Shown: in pieces, positions 51,693 through 64,000 of the stretch
How positions within the stretch are numbered: the stretch's first letter is position 1
Layout: each line of letters starts with the position of its first letter
From: Octopus sinensis
Taxonomy: Eukaryota
Reading direction: 5' to 3'
NCBI RefSeq assembly: GCF_006345805.1
Contig: NC_043003.1
Span: forward strand, 6,014,001-6,078,000
Length of the DNA: 64,000 nucleotides
Notes under the pieces: model-generated
Seen by the model: the letters and a program-made list of their open reading frames with translations, nothing else
What the model was told of the DNA's origin: nothing
Databases searched by the model: none
Translations under genes and position numbers: made by a program

Positions 51693-52090
51693 AGGCGTAG
51701 GAGTGGCTGTGTGGTAAGTAGCTTGCTTATGAACCACATAGTTCCAGGTTCAGTCCCACTGGGCAAGTGTCTTCTACTATAGCCTCGGGCAGACCAAAGC
51801 CTTGTGAGTGGATTTGGTAGATGGAAACTGAAAGAAGCCCGTTGTATATATGTATATATATGAGTGTGTGTGTATGTGTGTGTATATGTTTGTGTCTGTG
51901 ATTGTGCCCCAACATCGCTTGACAACCGATGTTGGTGCGTTTACGTCCCCGTAACTTAGCGGTTCGGCAAAAGAGGCCGATAGAATAAGTACTAGGCTTA
52001 CAAAGAATAAGTCCCGGAGTCCATTTGATCGACTAAAGGCGGTGCTCCAGCATGGCCGCAGTAAAATGACTGAAACAGGTAAAAGAGTAG
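51693..52090 (+). mobile_element. SINE A
   Basis: Head aggcgtaggagtggctgtgtggtaag to tail aaaagagta. Confidence 0.9.
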
Positions 52091-52104
52091 TAGAGAGTAT
52101 ATAC

Positions 52105-52151
<47 letters not shown>

Positions 52152-52559
52152 TTTTGAAAAGGAATACCAAAAGTGGGACAAGAACGCAAAACATCCCGAC
52201 AGACGATACAAAGAAAACAAGGACGGATCATTCGGAGTTTTCTTTCTTCAGTAGAGGTCCAGATTACCTTTGCAATTTCGACTGGTTGTACTGGACATTG
52301 CTCCATTCTCCATTCTCCAAACTAAGCTAAGAGCGCTACATTCCTTGGAAGAAAGCAGTGAATGTATACGGAAACAAGGACGTAAATATCGGAGAAATGG
52401 TACACAAATACAAATGCAAATAAATGTCAATAACAACAGGTGTCTTTCGACTACATGCATACATACACACACTCATACTCACACACACGTCTGGATTTTT
52501 AAATTCCATCTACCAAATCCAGTTACAAGACCTTGGTTGATCCGCGGGTATCATGGTGC

Positions 52560-52890
52560 CAAAGGTTCCTTGCAATGAGACTGAACCCGGAACTATATTG
52601 TTGGAAAGCAAATTTCTCGGGCCGACCAAAGCCTTGTATGTGAATTTGGTAGACGGAAACTGAAAGAAGCCCGTTGTGTGTGTGTTTGTGTGTCTGTGTT
52701 TGACCCCCTAGCATTGCTTGACAACCGATGTTGGTGCGTTTACGTCCCCGTAACTTAGCGGTTCGGCAAAAGAGACCGATAGAATAAGTACTGGGCTTAC
52801 TAAAAGAATAAGTCCCGGGGTCGAGTTTCTCGATTAAAGGCGGTGCTCCAGCATGGCCGCAGTCAAATGACTGAAACAAGAAAAAAGAGA
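52560..52890 (+). mobile_element. SINE A (5' altered)
   Basis: Body and tail match the family. Confidence 0.85.
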
Positions 52891-52911
52891 AATATATACA
52901 CATATACAAAC

Positions 52912-52983
<72 letters not shown>

Positions 52984-53100
52984 GAAAAAAGAAAGTGAGA
53001 GTGGATGTTTATTTCTGCGGGTGTGTGTGTGTGTGTGCGTATGTGTGGTGTGTATAAAAATACACGCAATTACATCACAGACTATAATCAACTTTAATAG

Positions 53101-53172
53101 TTAAGTAATTACTAAAAAGAAGACGAGTTTCGATATATATCGAAATTCGTCTTCCTTTAAGTAATTATTTAA
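53101..53172. repeat. Palindrome with ~36-bp arms centred on (AT)n
   Basis: ttaagtaattactaaaaagaagacgagtttcgatat / atatcgaaattcgtcttcctttaagtaattatttaa. Confidence 0.8.
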
Positions 53173-53460
53173 CCATATATATATATTTGCATGTATGTGT
53201 CTGTGTGTCAGTGCAGGTGTATGCAAATGAATGTGTGTGTGTCTCTTGTATCTATGCACGTATCTATACGTATATGTACATATATACGTATTATACATAC
53301 TATATATATTTATATACATATATATATATATATTTACATACACACACACACATATATATATACACACATAAATATATACATATATAAACATATATATATA
53401 AAACTATATATAAATATATATTTGTATATGTATATGTATATATATGTGTGTGTATATACA

Positions 53461-53515
<55 letters not shown>

Positions 53516-53516
53516 C

Positions 53517-53548
<32 letters not shown>

Positions 53549-53872
53549 CATAATCTCACGGTTTCCTCTGGATCAGACTGGATCCAAAATTCTAGACTTA
53601 CAGAGATCACAAACACAAAACACATATCGATCTCGTCTGTACTTCACAGACAGCAGGGAGGGGATGAAGTGGGTGGGGCCAGGATACAGGAGGGTAATAG
53701 GGAAAGAAAAGAGAGAAAGTACGAGAAAATTCTAGAGAAAGAGAAACAAAAACATAGAGGGGGAGAGAGAGAATGAAAGAGAGTGCATGAACAGCCTCGT
53801 TATCATTTCTCTTGTCTGTATGGATGTGACGGAAGTAAAATTTTTCAAAAATAACATTATCACCGTAGCTAT

Positions 53873-53932
53873 TGATGATGAGAATGATGGTGATGAAGAT
53901 GATGATGATGATGATGATGGTGACGATGATGG

Positions 53933-53981
<49 letters not shown>

Positions 53982-54013
53982 AATGATGATGATGATAATG
54001 ATGATGATGATTG

Positions 54014-54062
<49 letters not shown>

Positions 54063-54125
54063 GATGAAAATGATGATGATAATGATGATGATTATGATGA
54101 TGATGACGACGACGATGATAATGAT
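53873..54125. repeat. (GAT)n tract
   Basis: Direct inspection. Confidence 0.95.
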
Positions 54126-54782
54126 GAGGGTAATAGGTTGGTATTGATATTTTTGATTTTGTGGATAATATTGTGGTTGCTGTTGTCGGTGGTGATGGTG
54201 GTGGTACTGGAGGTGGTGGTAGTGGTGGTGGTGGTGGTGGTTGTGGTGGTGGTGTAGGTGGAGGCTGATGTGGTATTTGTATTGTAGCTTGTGATAAGTT
54301 TGGCTGGAGTGGTGTCGGTAGACATTTCTGATACAGTCAGTCTTACAGATGTAAAGAGTGATTGTCACGGCCGGCACGATTAAAATAAATCATAAAAGAT
54401 AATTCCTGTGTCTCTTCGTTTTATAATTAGTTGTTGTTCCTCCTGGTCTTTTTTTTTTGTTTGTTTCTATTTGTTTATTGCCGTTGTTGTCGTTGTTGTT
54501 GTTGTAGTTGATGTTATAGTGGCAACAAGTGGTCTTAGGTGAAACACACACACGCACACACCTATGTTTATGTGTGTTCGTGGATTTGTTTATGTCTGTG
54601 TGTCTGTATATATGTTGTGTGTGTGTGGGTGTCTGTGTGTCTGTGTGTGATGCTATTATTATTATTCTGTCTTTATATATAGATGTGTACTTAGAAACAG
54701 AAGCAGACAATAAGATTAAGCGGACAAACAATCAGACAAGCACATTAAGCGGAGGCCGTCTTAATGATATTTCGGGGATAGG

Positions 54783-54825
<43 letters not shown>

Positions 54826-54861
54826 CCACATACACACACAGAAGTATTATATATGCGTGTG

Positions 54862-54896
<35 letters not shown>

Positions 54897-55038
54897 ATGT
54901 GTGAATATGTTTGTATATATGTATGTATAATGTGCATACGCTTACATACATACGTATACATACATATATATATATATATACATATATATATATGTATATA
55001 TATATATATGTGTGTGTATATATATATATATACATACA

Positions 55039-55128
<90 letters not shown>

Positions 55129-55136
55129 CAAACACA

Positions 55137-55176
<40 letters not shown>

Positions 55177-55553
55177 CATTCAAGACGAACTTCCACCATT
55201 CTGCTGTTGCTGAATGCACCACCGTCGTTTTTATGGGGTTTTTTCCCTAACCGAAAAACATTCACTAATTAACCAGCAGTATCCGTGGAAATTTCGCGTC
55301 CCATTTTGTGGTACAGTGTTAGATAAACATCCACCCCTATCGCACCCCAGTAATGATATCCTGTCATTTCCTTCGAATCCCTTTGATTAATTTCTAGGAA
55401 ATCTTGTCTATTCTCTTCGGTCATGTTTTCTCTTCCAGACTTTTTTTCCTTCTGGTTGCAGCAAAATATTCTTGCCTATCATCATTGTTCATATTTTGCC
55501 TTTCTTGATTAATAATATATGGTTTTCTTATTACTTTCAGCTTCATCGTTCGC

Positions 55554-55617
<64 letters not shown>

Positions 55618-55651
55618 GTCTTTCTCTCCATATATATATAGAGAGGTAGTT

Positions 55652-55692
<41 letters not shown>

Positions 55693-56453
55693 CTATTTAT
55701 CTGTTTATCTACCTATCAATTTATATATCTATCTATTTACCTATCTGTATCATACACACTTTTACCATTCCTTTCCGCAGCTTAACAGATTTTATATAAC
55801 ATAGGAATGTATTGTTAGCACTTTGATATATTAATTATTTTTTACTTGACTCAGTCATAAAATCTGAATCCTCGCTACGTCGACAGACTTAAAAGATGGA
55901 GCGTAATTTGTCAATCAAAATGTAAGGCGAATGTAAGAACTCAACGACATTATAGAAAAAAGGGGGAAAGTGCCATGAGTTTCGATGAAAGAATGGAGGT
56001 GCACTAGGGAGAATATATTGATAGGAACCCAACGTTAGATCTCTATCAATATGTTAAGAGTAAACATGATCACTGAATAACAGACAGACCATTTCAAGAC
56101 ATCCATACAATACAACCTTCCGTAAAATACGTGAAGATACACTAAACAATGAACGGAAGTCATTAATAAGGTTAATAAGTCATTACCTAATCATAAGATA
56201 AATACAATCAAAAGGATAATTTACGATCGCACATGTTTGCATCGTGCTACATGCATGTACATTTTATGTTGCTCATGTATACAACAAAGCACAGGCATCT
56301 CGAAATCAGATTGGTTGACAAACATGGTGCAAATGAGAAACTGCAGCAGACATGTTAAACTGCCTCTGTCCCCCCCCCCCACCACCACCACCAGACGATA
56401 AACCGTCTAGGTTGTAATACACACATCAATGTTACTGTTAAGTTAGTAAACAT

Positions 56454-56619
56454 AGGCGCGGGAGTGGCTGTGTGGTAAGTAGCTAGCTAACCAACCACAT
56501 GGTTCCGGGTTCAGTCCCACTGCGTGGCATCTTGGGCAAGTGTCTTCTGCTATAGCCCCGGGCCGACCAATGCCTTGTGAGTGGATTTCGTCGACGGAAA
56601 CTGAAAGAAGCCTGTCGTA

Positions 56620-56676
<57 letters not shown>

Positions 56677-56888
56677 TTGTGTATCTGTGTTTGTCCCCCT
56701 AGCATTGCTTGACAACCGATGCTGGTGTGTTTACGTCCCCGTCAATTAGCGGTTCAGCAAAAGAGACCGATAGAATAAGTACTGGGCTTACAAAGAATAA
56801 GTCCCGGGGTCGATTTGATCGACTAAAGGCGGTGCTTCAGCATAGCTGCAGTCAAATGACTGAAACAAGTAAAAGAGTAAAAGAGTAT
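56454..56888 (+). mobile_element. SINE A, full length
   Basis: B-box-like ggttcagtccc, CORE-like catcttgggcaagtg, internal microsatellite, aaaagagta tail. Confidence 0.9.
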
Positions 56889-56914
56889 ACCCTGATGTGT
56901 TAATATGCATGAAT

Positions 56915-57480
56915 AAGGCGACGAGCTGGCAGAAACGTTAGCACGCCGGGCGAAATGCTTAGCGGTATTTCGACTGCCACTACGTTGTGAGTTCAAATTC
57001 CGCCGCGGTCGACTTTGCCTTTCATCCTTTCAGGGTCGATAAATTAAGTACCAGTTACGCACTGAGGTCGATGCAATCGACTTAATACCTATGTCTGTCC
57101 CTGTTTGTCCCATCTGTGTTTAGCCCCTTGTGGGTAATAAAGAAATAGGTATTTCGTCTGCCGTTACGTTCTGAGTTCAAATTCTGCCGAGGTCGACATT
57201 GCTTTTCATCCATTCGGGGTCGATAAATTAAGTACCAGTTACGCACTGTGGTCGATGCAATCGACTTATTCCCTTTGTCTGTCCTTGTTTGTCTCCTCTA
57301 TGTTTAGCCCCTTGTGGGTAGTAAAGAAATAAGAATCGCTAGCATACTGAATCGTTAGCATTACGCCCGTCTTTACGTTCTGAGTTCAAATTCCGCTGAG
57401 ATCAAATTTGCCTTTCATATTTTTGAGATCGATAAAATAAGTACCAGTCATATGCTGCGGTCGGTGTAATCAGCTTACTC
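56915..57480 (+). mobile_element. SINE B dimer (56915-57331) abutting an older copy (57332-57480)
   Basis: Junction aaagaaata|ggtatttcg at ~57148; then aaagaaata|agaatcg. Confidence 0.9.
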
Positions 57481-57902
57481 CCACCAAACTTATAACCCCG
57501 GAACTAAAAATTGAAACTAATGTAAATGAATTTGCGTGTTTCGTATGTCTGCGGATTTCTATGTCCTTCATACGTGTGTGAACTATAGTTCACTGGGAGT
57601 GAAATGCCTTAGACCGTATTTCTTGGAGTTATTGGAATGAAAGATGAGTCATTAAATCGTAATTCGATTCCTACCATCCCCAAAATAAGTAAACTCGACT
57701 TAAATGTCAATACACACACCCACACATTGCGACGCGCGCGCACATATTCCCGCGCGCAGACCATTCGCGAAGAGAAAAACGTAAACCATAAAATACAGAG
57801 AGAAATATAAAATTAAATCAATATTTAACCACAACACATCTTTCACAGAATCCACACCGCTCATATACACGAACGCACGCAATTACACACATCCATCAAA
57901 CA

Positions 57903-57947
<45 letters not shown>

Positions 57948-58824
57948 TCTTCTCACACACTTTCAGAATTCGCACCAACCAAGACACACACACAAACCCA
58001 CTCACGCACATGCATTATAATTTATATCCATATAAATATATTGAGCTTTAAACTAGGAGACAGACAGACAGACCTGAAGAGAATCGGAGTAAAAGTCCTG
58101 TAGTGAGAATGATGTGACAAATCTAACGGACAATTTGATTGACCGAGCAATTAATCAAACAAACGGTTGGATTTTTAGCTAAATGTTAATGAATTGACTG
58201 ATAATAATGAAAGTTAAATAGAACCACCAGCGCGTGTGATCATTATTAGCATAATGACCCTCCCAAGATACAACAAAATCTCTTTCAACACACGTGTTCT
58301 CATCAAGAGTCTTTCAAATCAAATTCAAAAACGAAATATATGTATTTGATTGATCGAGTCAGAGAGACAGCAAAAATTATTTTATATTTTATCTGTATTG
58401 ATCTTTTAAATATTTTGTTTATAGATTATTTAATATCATCTAATTTAACTTAATTAGTTTTCACAGTTTAGTTGCTTTTATATCGTTTATCTTTCCGATA
58501 AATATTCAATTGTTATTTAGTCCAGATCAGTTCTAACGGAACAATCCATCACGAAACACCCGGATGTTCGACTTTTATTTATATAAAATTTTACCCGGGA
58601 GAGTATCATCGAACACGTTCTTCTTCTCTTCATGAGTTTAGGGGTAGGTTTGAGGAAGATGTAGCTGTTACTTCTAACATATTAGTCACTAAAATGTTTA
58701 CTCACACCATTTTTTTTTATGAGTTTGTACATTTCGTTAAAGCAGACGTTTAAAATTTCGTACCCGGTGATTTATTGGTGAGCAAATTAAAGCAGCTTAA
58801 AAGTAGGGGGCTATTCGATAATAG

Positions 58825-59382
58825 CTATATAGACATGCATATATAGACATGTATATAGACATATATACATACATATATAGACATACGTAAATAGACATAT
58901 ATAGACATGTATAGACATAGATATATCGACATATATCGACATATGTAGATATATATAGACATATTTATACATACATATATAGACATACGTATATCGACAT
59001 ATATCGACATATGTAGATATATATAGACATGTATAGACATACATATATATAGACATATTTAGACATACATATATATACATATATAGATATATATAGACAT
59101 ATAGACATACATATATATAGACATACTTATATAAACATATATAGACATACATATATAGGCACATATATAGATATATGTAAACATATAGGCATACATATAT
59201 AAATATATTTAGACATATATATAGACATATATAGACATATATAGACATATATAGACATATATAGACATATATAGACATATATATAGACATATATAAACAT
59301 ATATAGACATATATAGACATATATAGACATTTATAGACATACATATATAAACATTTATAGACATATATAGACATATATACAT
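58825..59382. repeat. AT-rich minisatellite based on ATATATAGAC (10-12-bp units)
   Basis: Direct inspection. Confidence 0.9.
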
Positions 59383-59596
59383 TGAGTCAAGTGGAATGGC
59401 CATAAGACTGCAACAAAAATATTTGATGTTAATTAGAAAGATAATCTAAATTAAAGAAATGAATAGAGTTCACGGTGAGTGCGTTTAGTTATCTTTCTGC
59501 GAATGATTTTGTATATATATAGATATATATGTATATGTACGTGTGTGTGTGCGCGCGCATACACACAAAACACATACGTATAAGGTCTCGGTCATG

Positions 59597-59708
59597 GCCT
59601 CCGTGAGGCCCATCACTCGAAAGGAACTCGGTTACTTTGCCTCCGTGAGGCCCATCACTCGAAAGGAACTCGGTTACTTTGCCTCCGTGAGGCCCAACGC
59701 TCGAAAGG
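59597..59708. repeat. 42-bp tandem repeat (~2.7 copies) at an RTE 3' end
   Basis: gcctccgtgaggcccatcactcgaaaggaactcggttacttt at 59597, 59639 and partially 59681. Confidence 0.9.
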
Positions 59709-59714
59709 TATTCT

Positions 59715-60080
59715 TTACGTGCCCTCGGCACGAGTGCCAGTTACGTGACACCGGCATCAGCCATGACTATGATTTCACTTGGATTGACGGGTCTTCTCCA
59801 GCATGGCATACTGTCAAAGGTCTCGGTCCCTAATCATTGCTTCTGTGAGGTTCAAAGTTCGAAGATCATTCTTCCCCACTACACCACATGTCTTCCTGGG
59901 TCTACCTTTACCACAGGTCCCCTTCACCGTTAGAGATCGGCACTTCTTTACACAGCTCTCCTCGTCTATACTCGTCCATATTACATGACCACACTAGCAC
60001 AGTCGTCTCTTTCCTACACCACATCTGACGACTCTTTATGCCTAACTTTTCTCTCAAGATGCTTACACACTGTCGAACAT
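59715..60080 (-). mobile_element. RTE-type LINE C-terminus and 3' UTR
   Basis: LREKLGIK...; frameshifted RRL.W.GHV.RM and G.PRKTW-like motifs (tagacccaggaagacatg). Confidence 0.75.
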
Positions 60081-60118
60081 ATACAATGAGTAGCACCCCC
60101 ATCCATCTAAGCCTGCAC

Positions 60119-60157
60119 TCAGAGACTAGTTTTTGAGTCTTGCTCGTCATCAGTCTG
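60119..60157 (-). ncRNA. Degenerate hammerhead relic
   Basis: CAGA CUGAUGA C GAG caaga CUC AAAAA CUAG UC UCUG; GAAA mutated. Confidence 0.45.
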
Positions 60158-60298
60158 GAGTAGCAGGGCATGCTAGCTGGCTACAGATGCCTGTCTAGAC
60201 CTTGTAAACATATAATAATCCCAGTGGAATAAATCCACATTATATGTTTACGAGGTCTAGACAGGCATCTGCAGCCAGCTAGCAAGCCTTGCTACTCC
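60157..60298. repeat. Inverted repeat with ~57-bp arms
   Basis: ggagtagca...gatgcctgtctagacc.tgtaaacatataat / attatatgtttac.aggtctagacaggcatc...tgctactcc. Confidence 0.85.
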
Positions 60299-60319
60299 TC
60301 CGTTTCAGACTGGTCAAAG

Positions 60320-60700
60320 AAGAGGACCAATCATTCTTCATGACAATGCTCGACCACACGTTTCACTAATGATACTCCAGAAGTTGATGGAACTTGGCTA
60401 CGAAGTTTTTCTCCATCCAGCTTATTCCCCAGACCTTTCTCTTACTGACTACCACTTTTTCAAGCAGCTTGATGATTTCCTACGAGAGAAGGAGTACAAA
60501 ATTCAAACCGAAGTTGAAAGTACGTTCAAAGAGTTCATAAGCTCCAGAACTCCAGATTTTTATGTTAGCGGAATAAACAAACTGGTAACTTGTTGGCAAA
60601 AATGCTTTGATCGTAATGGTACTTAATTTGATGAATAAAATTTCCGCATTGTTTAAATATATTGTGATGAATTCTATGTTTCAAAACGTTGCTTACTTCT
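60320..60700 (+). mobile_element. Mariner 3' fragment
   Basis: ILHDNARPH (60339), HPAYSPDLSLTDYHFF, WQKCFDRNG. Confidence 0.9.
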
Positions 60701-60774
60701 TACTCAGCCTGATATGAGTGTACATATCAATGTATATTCATAAGTGTGTATGTGTATTCATATATGTAAATATT

Positions 60775-61147
60775 TATTTCTTTATTCCCACAGGAGCCTA
60801 GACGCAGAGGGAACAAACAAGAACAGACAAAGGGATTAAGTCTACCCCAGTGCATAACTGGTACTTATTTAATCGAACCCCAAATGGATGAAAGTCGACC
60901 TCGGCAGAATTTGAACTCAGAATGTAACGGCAGACGAAATACCTATTTCTTTACTACCTACAAGGGTCTAAACACAGAAGGGACAAACAAGGACAGACAG
61001 ACTGATTAAGTCGATTATATCGACCCCAGTGCGTAACTGGTACTTAATTTATCGACCCCGAAAGGATGAAAGGCAAAGAACGTAGCGGCAGACGAAATAC
61101 GACTACGCATTTCGCCCGGCGTGCTAACGCTTCTGCCAGCTCGCCAC
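60775..61147 (-). mobile_element. SINE B dimer
   Basis: Junction gacgaaatac|ctatttc at 60942/60943. Confidence 0.85.
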
Positions 61148-61694
61148 CCCTACCAAAATGGCTATTTAAAGTTCAATATCTTAGATAAAACGAGTGAGAT
61201 GTTTTAGAGCAGACAAAATATGTGAGAAAGAAAGCGACAAACACCAACAGTAGAACTCGTTCCTCCCCCATAACCGTGCTTTATAGAATGTGGAACATGA
61301 AGGACGTTCGACAAAAGGCTATTAACTACGTGGTTATGAGTTCAATGTGAACCAGCGCCCGAAGACAAATTTACCAATTGAAATCTTGTTTTGTCTAAAT
61401 TTGTCTTTTATTAGAAATTTTATGAAATTATTTGCAGTGTGAAATAATGTTGTGATTGTTGCTGTTGGTGGTGTTGTTGTTAATATATTTGTTGTTGCTG
61501 CCGGTTCCACTCGTTGCTGTTGTTGTTGTTGTTGTTGTTGTTGCTCTGTTTTGCTGGAGTTGCGTTCGAGGCTATTTCTATTTTTATTATTGTTATTGAG
61601 CAGTTTACTTTATGGATGAGTGATGGAGGTAATATAGTGCGTTCCGAGATATTGTAGTAGAAGCAGCAGAAACGGCGGCGGCAGCAGATGCTGA

Positions 61695-61871
61695 AGTAGT
61701 AGTAGTAGTGGTGGTGGTGGTGGTGGTGGTGGTAGTAGTAGTAGTATAGTAGTAGTAGTAGTAGTAGTAGTTGTTGTTGTAGTAGTAGTGGTAGTAGTAG
61801 TAGTAGTAGTGGTAGTAGTAGTAGTAGTGGTGGTAGTAGTAGTTGTAGTAGTAGTAGTAGTAGTAGTAGTT

Positions 61872-61917
<46 letters not shown>

Positions 61918-61945
61918 TGGTAGTAGTTGTAGTAGTAGTAGTATA
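61695..61945. repeat. (TAG)n/(TGG)n tract
   Basis: Direct inspection. Confidence 0.95.
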
Positions 61946-62299
61946 AAAGCGACTATTATACTATTGAATGTAGAACAGTCTGTGCTGTAGCGTGAACTTA
62001 TGGTCTGATCATGTTGTGGTTACTGTTGCAGTCTTAAGCGTTGGAGTGGAATAGTGTAGTGTGGGACAGAGTGGTGTACGGTAGTGTAGTAGTGTTGTAG
62101 GGCGAGGTTGAAGTAACTGTAATACTTGATTCATAAGTAGACTAACACTAAAGTACTATTTGTCTCTGGAATGACTCCGAAGTATGACTCATATCTAGAG
62201 TGACTCTGAAATATGACTCATCATTCGAATATCTAATGTTCTTATATTCAGAAACATTGCTGAAATGACTCTTGAATAAGACTCATAGTTAAACTGTGG

Positions 62300-63000
62300 C
62301 TAATGGAGGACTCAGGGTTATTTGTGTTGGAGATGTCATTGATGGAGATGACAAGTTGTTGTTATTGGGAAGAAGGAAGGCTAGGGGAGACATGCATGAG
62401 GGCAATAGGGGTTACGTCATGGTTCATGGCTTGGTTAATTTCAGGGACTTGATAATTCCATTGGATTCTGCTTGTCTGTGTACAAGTGGATGGAAAAGGG
62501 TAGATTTGGAGGGAACAAACCTTGGGTGTGGTGGGGTAGACTCGTTGCAAATCGTGCAGCGAATGTTAGGGCCTCTTCACGAGTGTGCCTCTTAAAAAGG
62601 TGTGCATTTTAAAGAGGGGTGTGACTAGGTGAGTGTGGACCTCATCTTTTAAAGGAGAGTCTAAGGGAAAAGTGTAGCCATGTCAGCTGGTCAGCAGAGA
62701 TGGACTATAAATACCTAAGGGCTGTAAGAATTGTACATGAAAGCGGGATCGGGTTTAGGTAACACTTAAGGGGTAATGTGTGGGTGGAGGAAAGATGGAG
62801 TCTATGAATCAAGAGGGTCTTTGAGTTCACATCTGAACAATTAGGGGTCTGTGAATGAGATTGCTGCGCCGTGCGGTAACGATCAACATGATCTCATAAG
62901 GCCTGGTCAGAACACTTGCAGTAGAGCGAAGTCCTTTCAAATCACCCATAGATTAGATAATGGTACTTTCTGCCCTTCAAGTTTTTTAAAGAAATGACGT
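62300..63000 (-). mobile_element. Possible old LINE 3' coding relic
   Basis: Higher-GC, non-tandem block with only loose LINE C-terminal resemblance. Confidence 0.25.
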
Positions 63001-63206
63001 ATGATTTGAGGGAGGTTTGGCTACTATGTTTAGCAGGTTGAGAAACAATGTTAATTCTTCGTCGCTGAATGGTCACACAATTCTGATACTATCATTATTT
63101 CTGATTGCAATATGGCTGTTGTTGTTGTTGCTGTTTTTCTGGTGGTGGTGGTGGTGGTGGTGGTAGTTGTGGTGGTGTAGTGATGGAACTGGTAGCGTGG
63201 CGTTGA

Positions 63207-63244
<38 letters not shown>

Positions 63245-63344
63245 TTGGTAGTAGTGACGTCGGTGATGATGATTTAGTCATTGTTGGTGTCGGTAGCGTG
63301 GTCTTGGTGGTGTGATGTTCATCTTGGTGGCAGTAGAAGAAGAG

Positions 63345-63625
63345 GCTGTGGTGGTGGTGGTGGTGGTGACGGTGGTGGTGGTGGTGGTGGTGGTGGTGGT
63401 GGTGGTAGTGGTGGTGACGGTGGTGGTGACGGTGGTGGTGAAGGTGGTGGTAGTGGAGATGGAGATGGTGGAGGTGGTGGTTGTTGTGGTGGCGGTGCTG
63501 GAGGTGGTAGTGGTGGTGGTGGTGAAGGCGGTGGTGGTGGTGGAGATGGTGGTGGTGGCGGTGGTGGTGGTGGTGGTGGAGATGGAGAGGGTGGTGGTGG
63601 TGGTGGTGGTGATGGAGATGGTAGT
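63345..63625. repeat. (GGT)n tract
   Basis: Direct inspection. Confidence 0.95.
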
Positions 63626-64000
63626 GGTGCTAGTGATGCTGGTGTTTTTACTATTGTCTTTACTATCCTTAGTCCTGTTGCACTTGTACATATTGCTGAT
63701 GCTGATGTTGATGTTGATGTCATTTTTTTTGAGGTTGCTGTTGTTTCTGATGTTATTGTTGTGGTTGTTGCTGTCACAACTGCATTTCCCATCGTTCGTG
63801 CCGCTGCAGTCCTTCATTGCTACTATAGCTGCAATTTTGCCGTTGTTGTTGTTGTTGTTCCTTTCGATGTTGTTCGCCTTGTTGTTGTTGTTCTTGTTGT
63901 TGTTATCGCCCCACTAAAATAGGTGAGATCGTGATATGTAGACAAATAGTTCCGCCATTTTAACTGACTTGTTGCTTTATTGTTTTTAGTTTTTCCTCCA

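Noticed and set aside
52215-52255. Minus-strand CUGAAGA...CCGAAU hammerhead-like relic
   Set aside because: GAAA is mutated and stem I is absent. Similar incomplete motifs at ~29024 and ~45914 were also not called.
56918-57005. tRNA-like sequences with A and B boxes
   Set aside because: They are SINE heads continuous with SINE bodies; no cloverleaf with an acceptor stem.
56965-57148. SINE B body unit appears to start GT and end AG, suggesting a circularised intron
   Set aside because: Free 3' ends read aaagaaata without the G (57331, 47301). The G comes from the internal gc|ggtatttc site, so GT-AG is coincidental.
59597-59708. Regular 42-bp repeats, superficially CRISPR-like
   Set aside because: There are no unique spacers; this is a head-to-tail tandem repeat in a eukaryotic LINE tail.

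Overview
AT-rich, repeat-saturated eukaryotic DNA, most likely an octopus (coleoid cephalopod) intergenic or intronic region. This is inferred from the microsatellite load and the tRNA-derived SINE types; no database search was run. No host protein-coding gene can be supported, and nearly all long ORFs in the track are microsatellite artefacts. The window contains decayed Penelope-like elements (PLEs), three mariner relics, R4/Dong, CR1 and RTE LINE fragments, two abundant tRNA-SINE families, a non-autonomous Helitron, Merlin-like MITEs with 8-bp TSDs, and many foldback palindromes. The most notable signal is a set of type-I minimal hammerhead ribozyme motifs in PLE-type terminal repeats. They include a complete fold with a swapped G3:C8 catalytic-core pair (7890-7940, minus; family copies in a palindrome at 32047-32316), a canonical one with a long stem II in direct repeats bracketing a PLE ORF (17459-17531 and 12627-12699), and a covarying pair at 21444 and 44671, the latter with an A6U core. 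One SINE family also occurs repeatedly as a head+body+body dimer with a fixed junction. All coordinates were counted by eye and may be off by a few bases.
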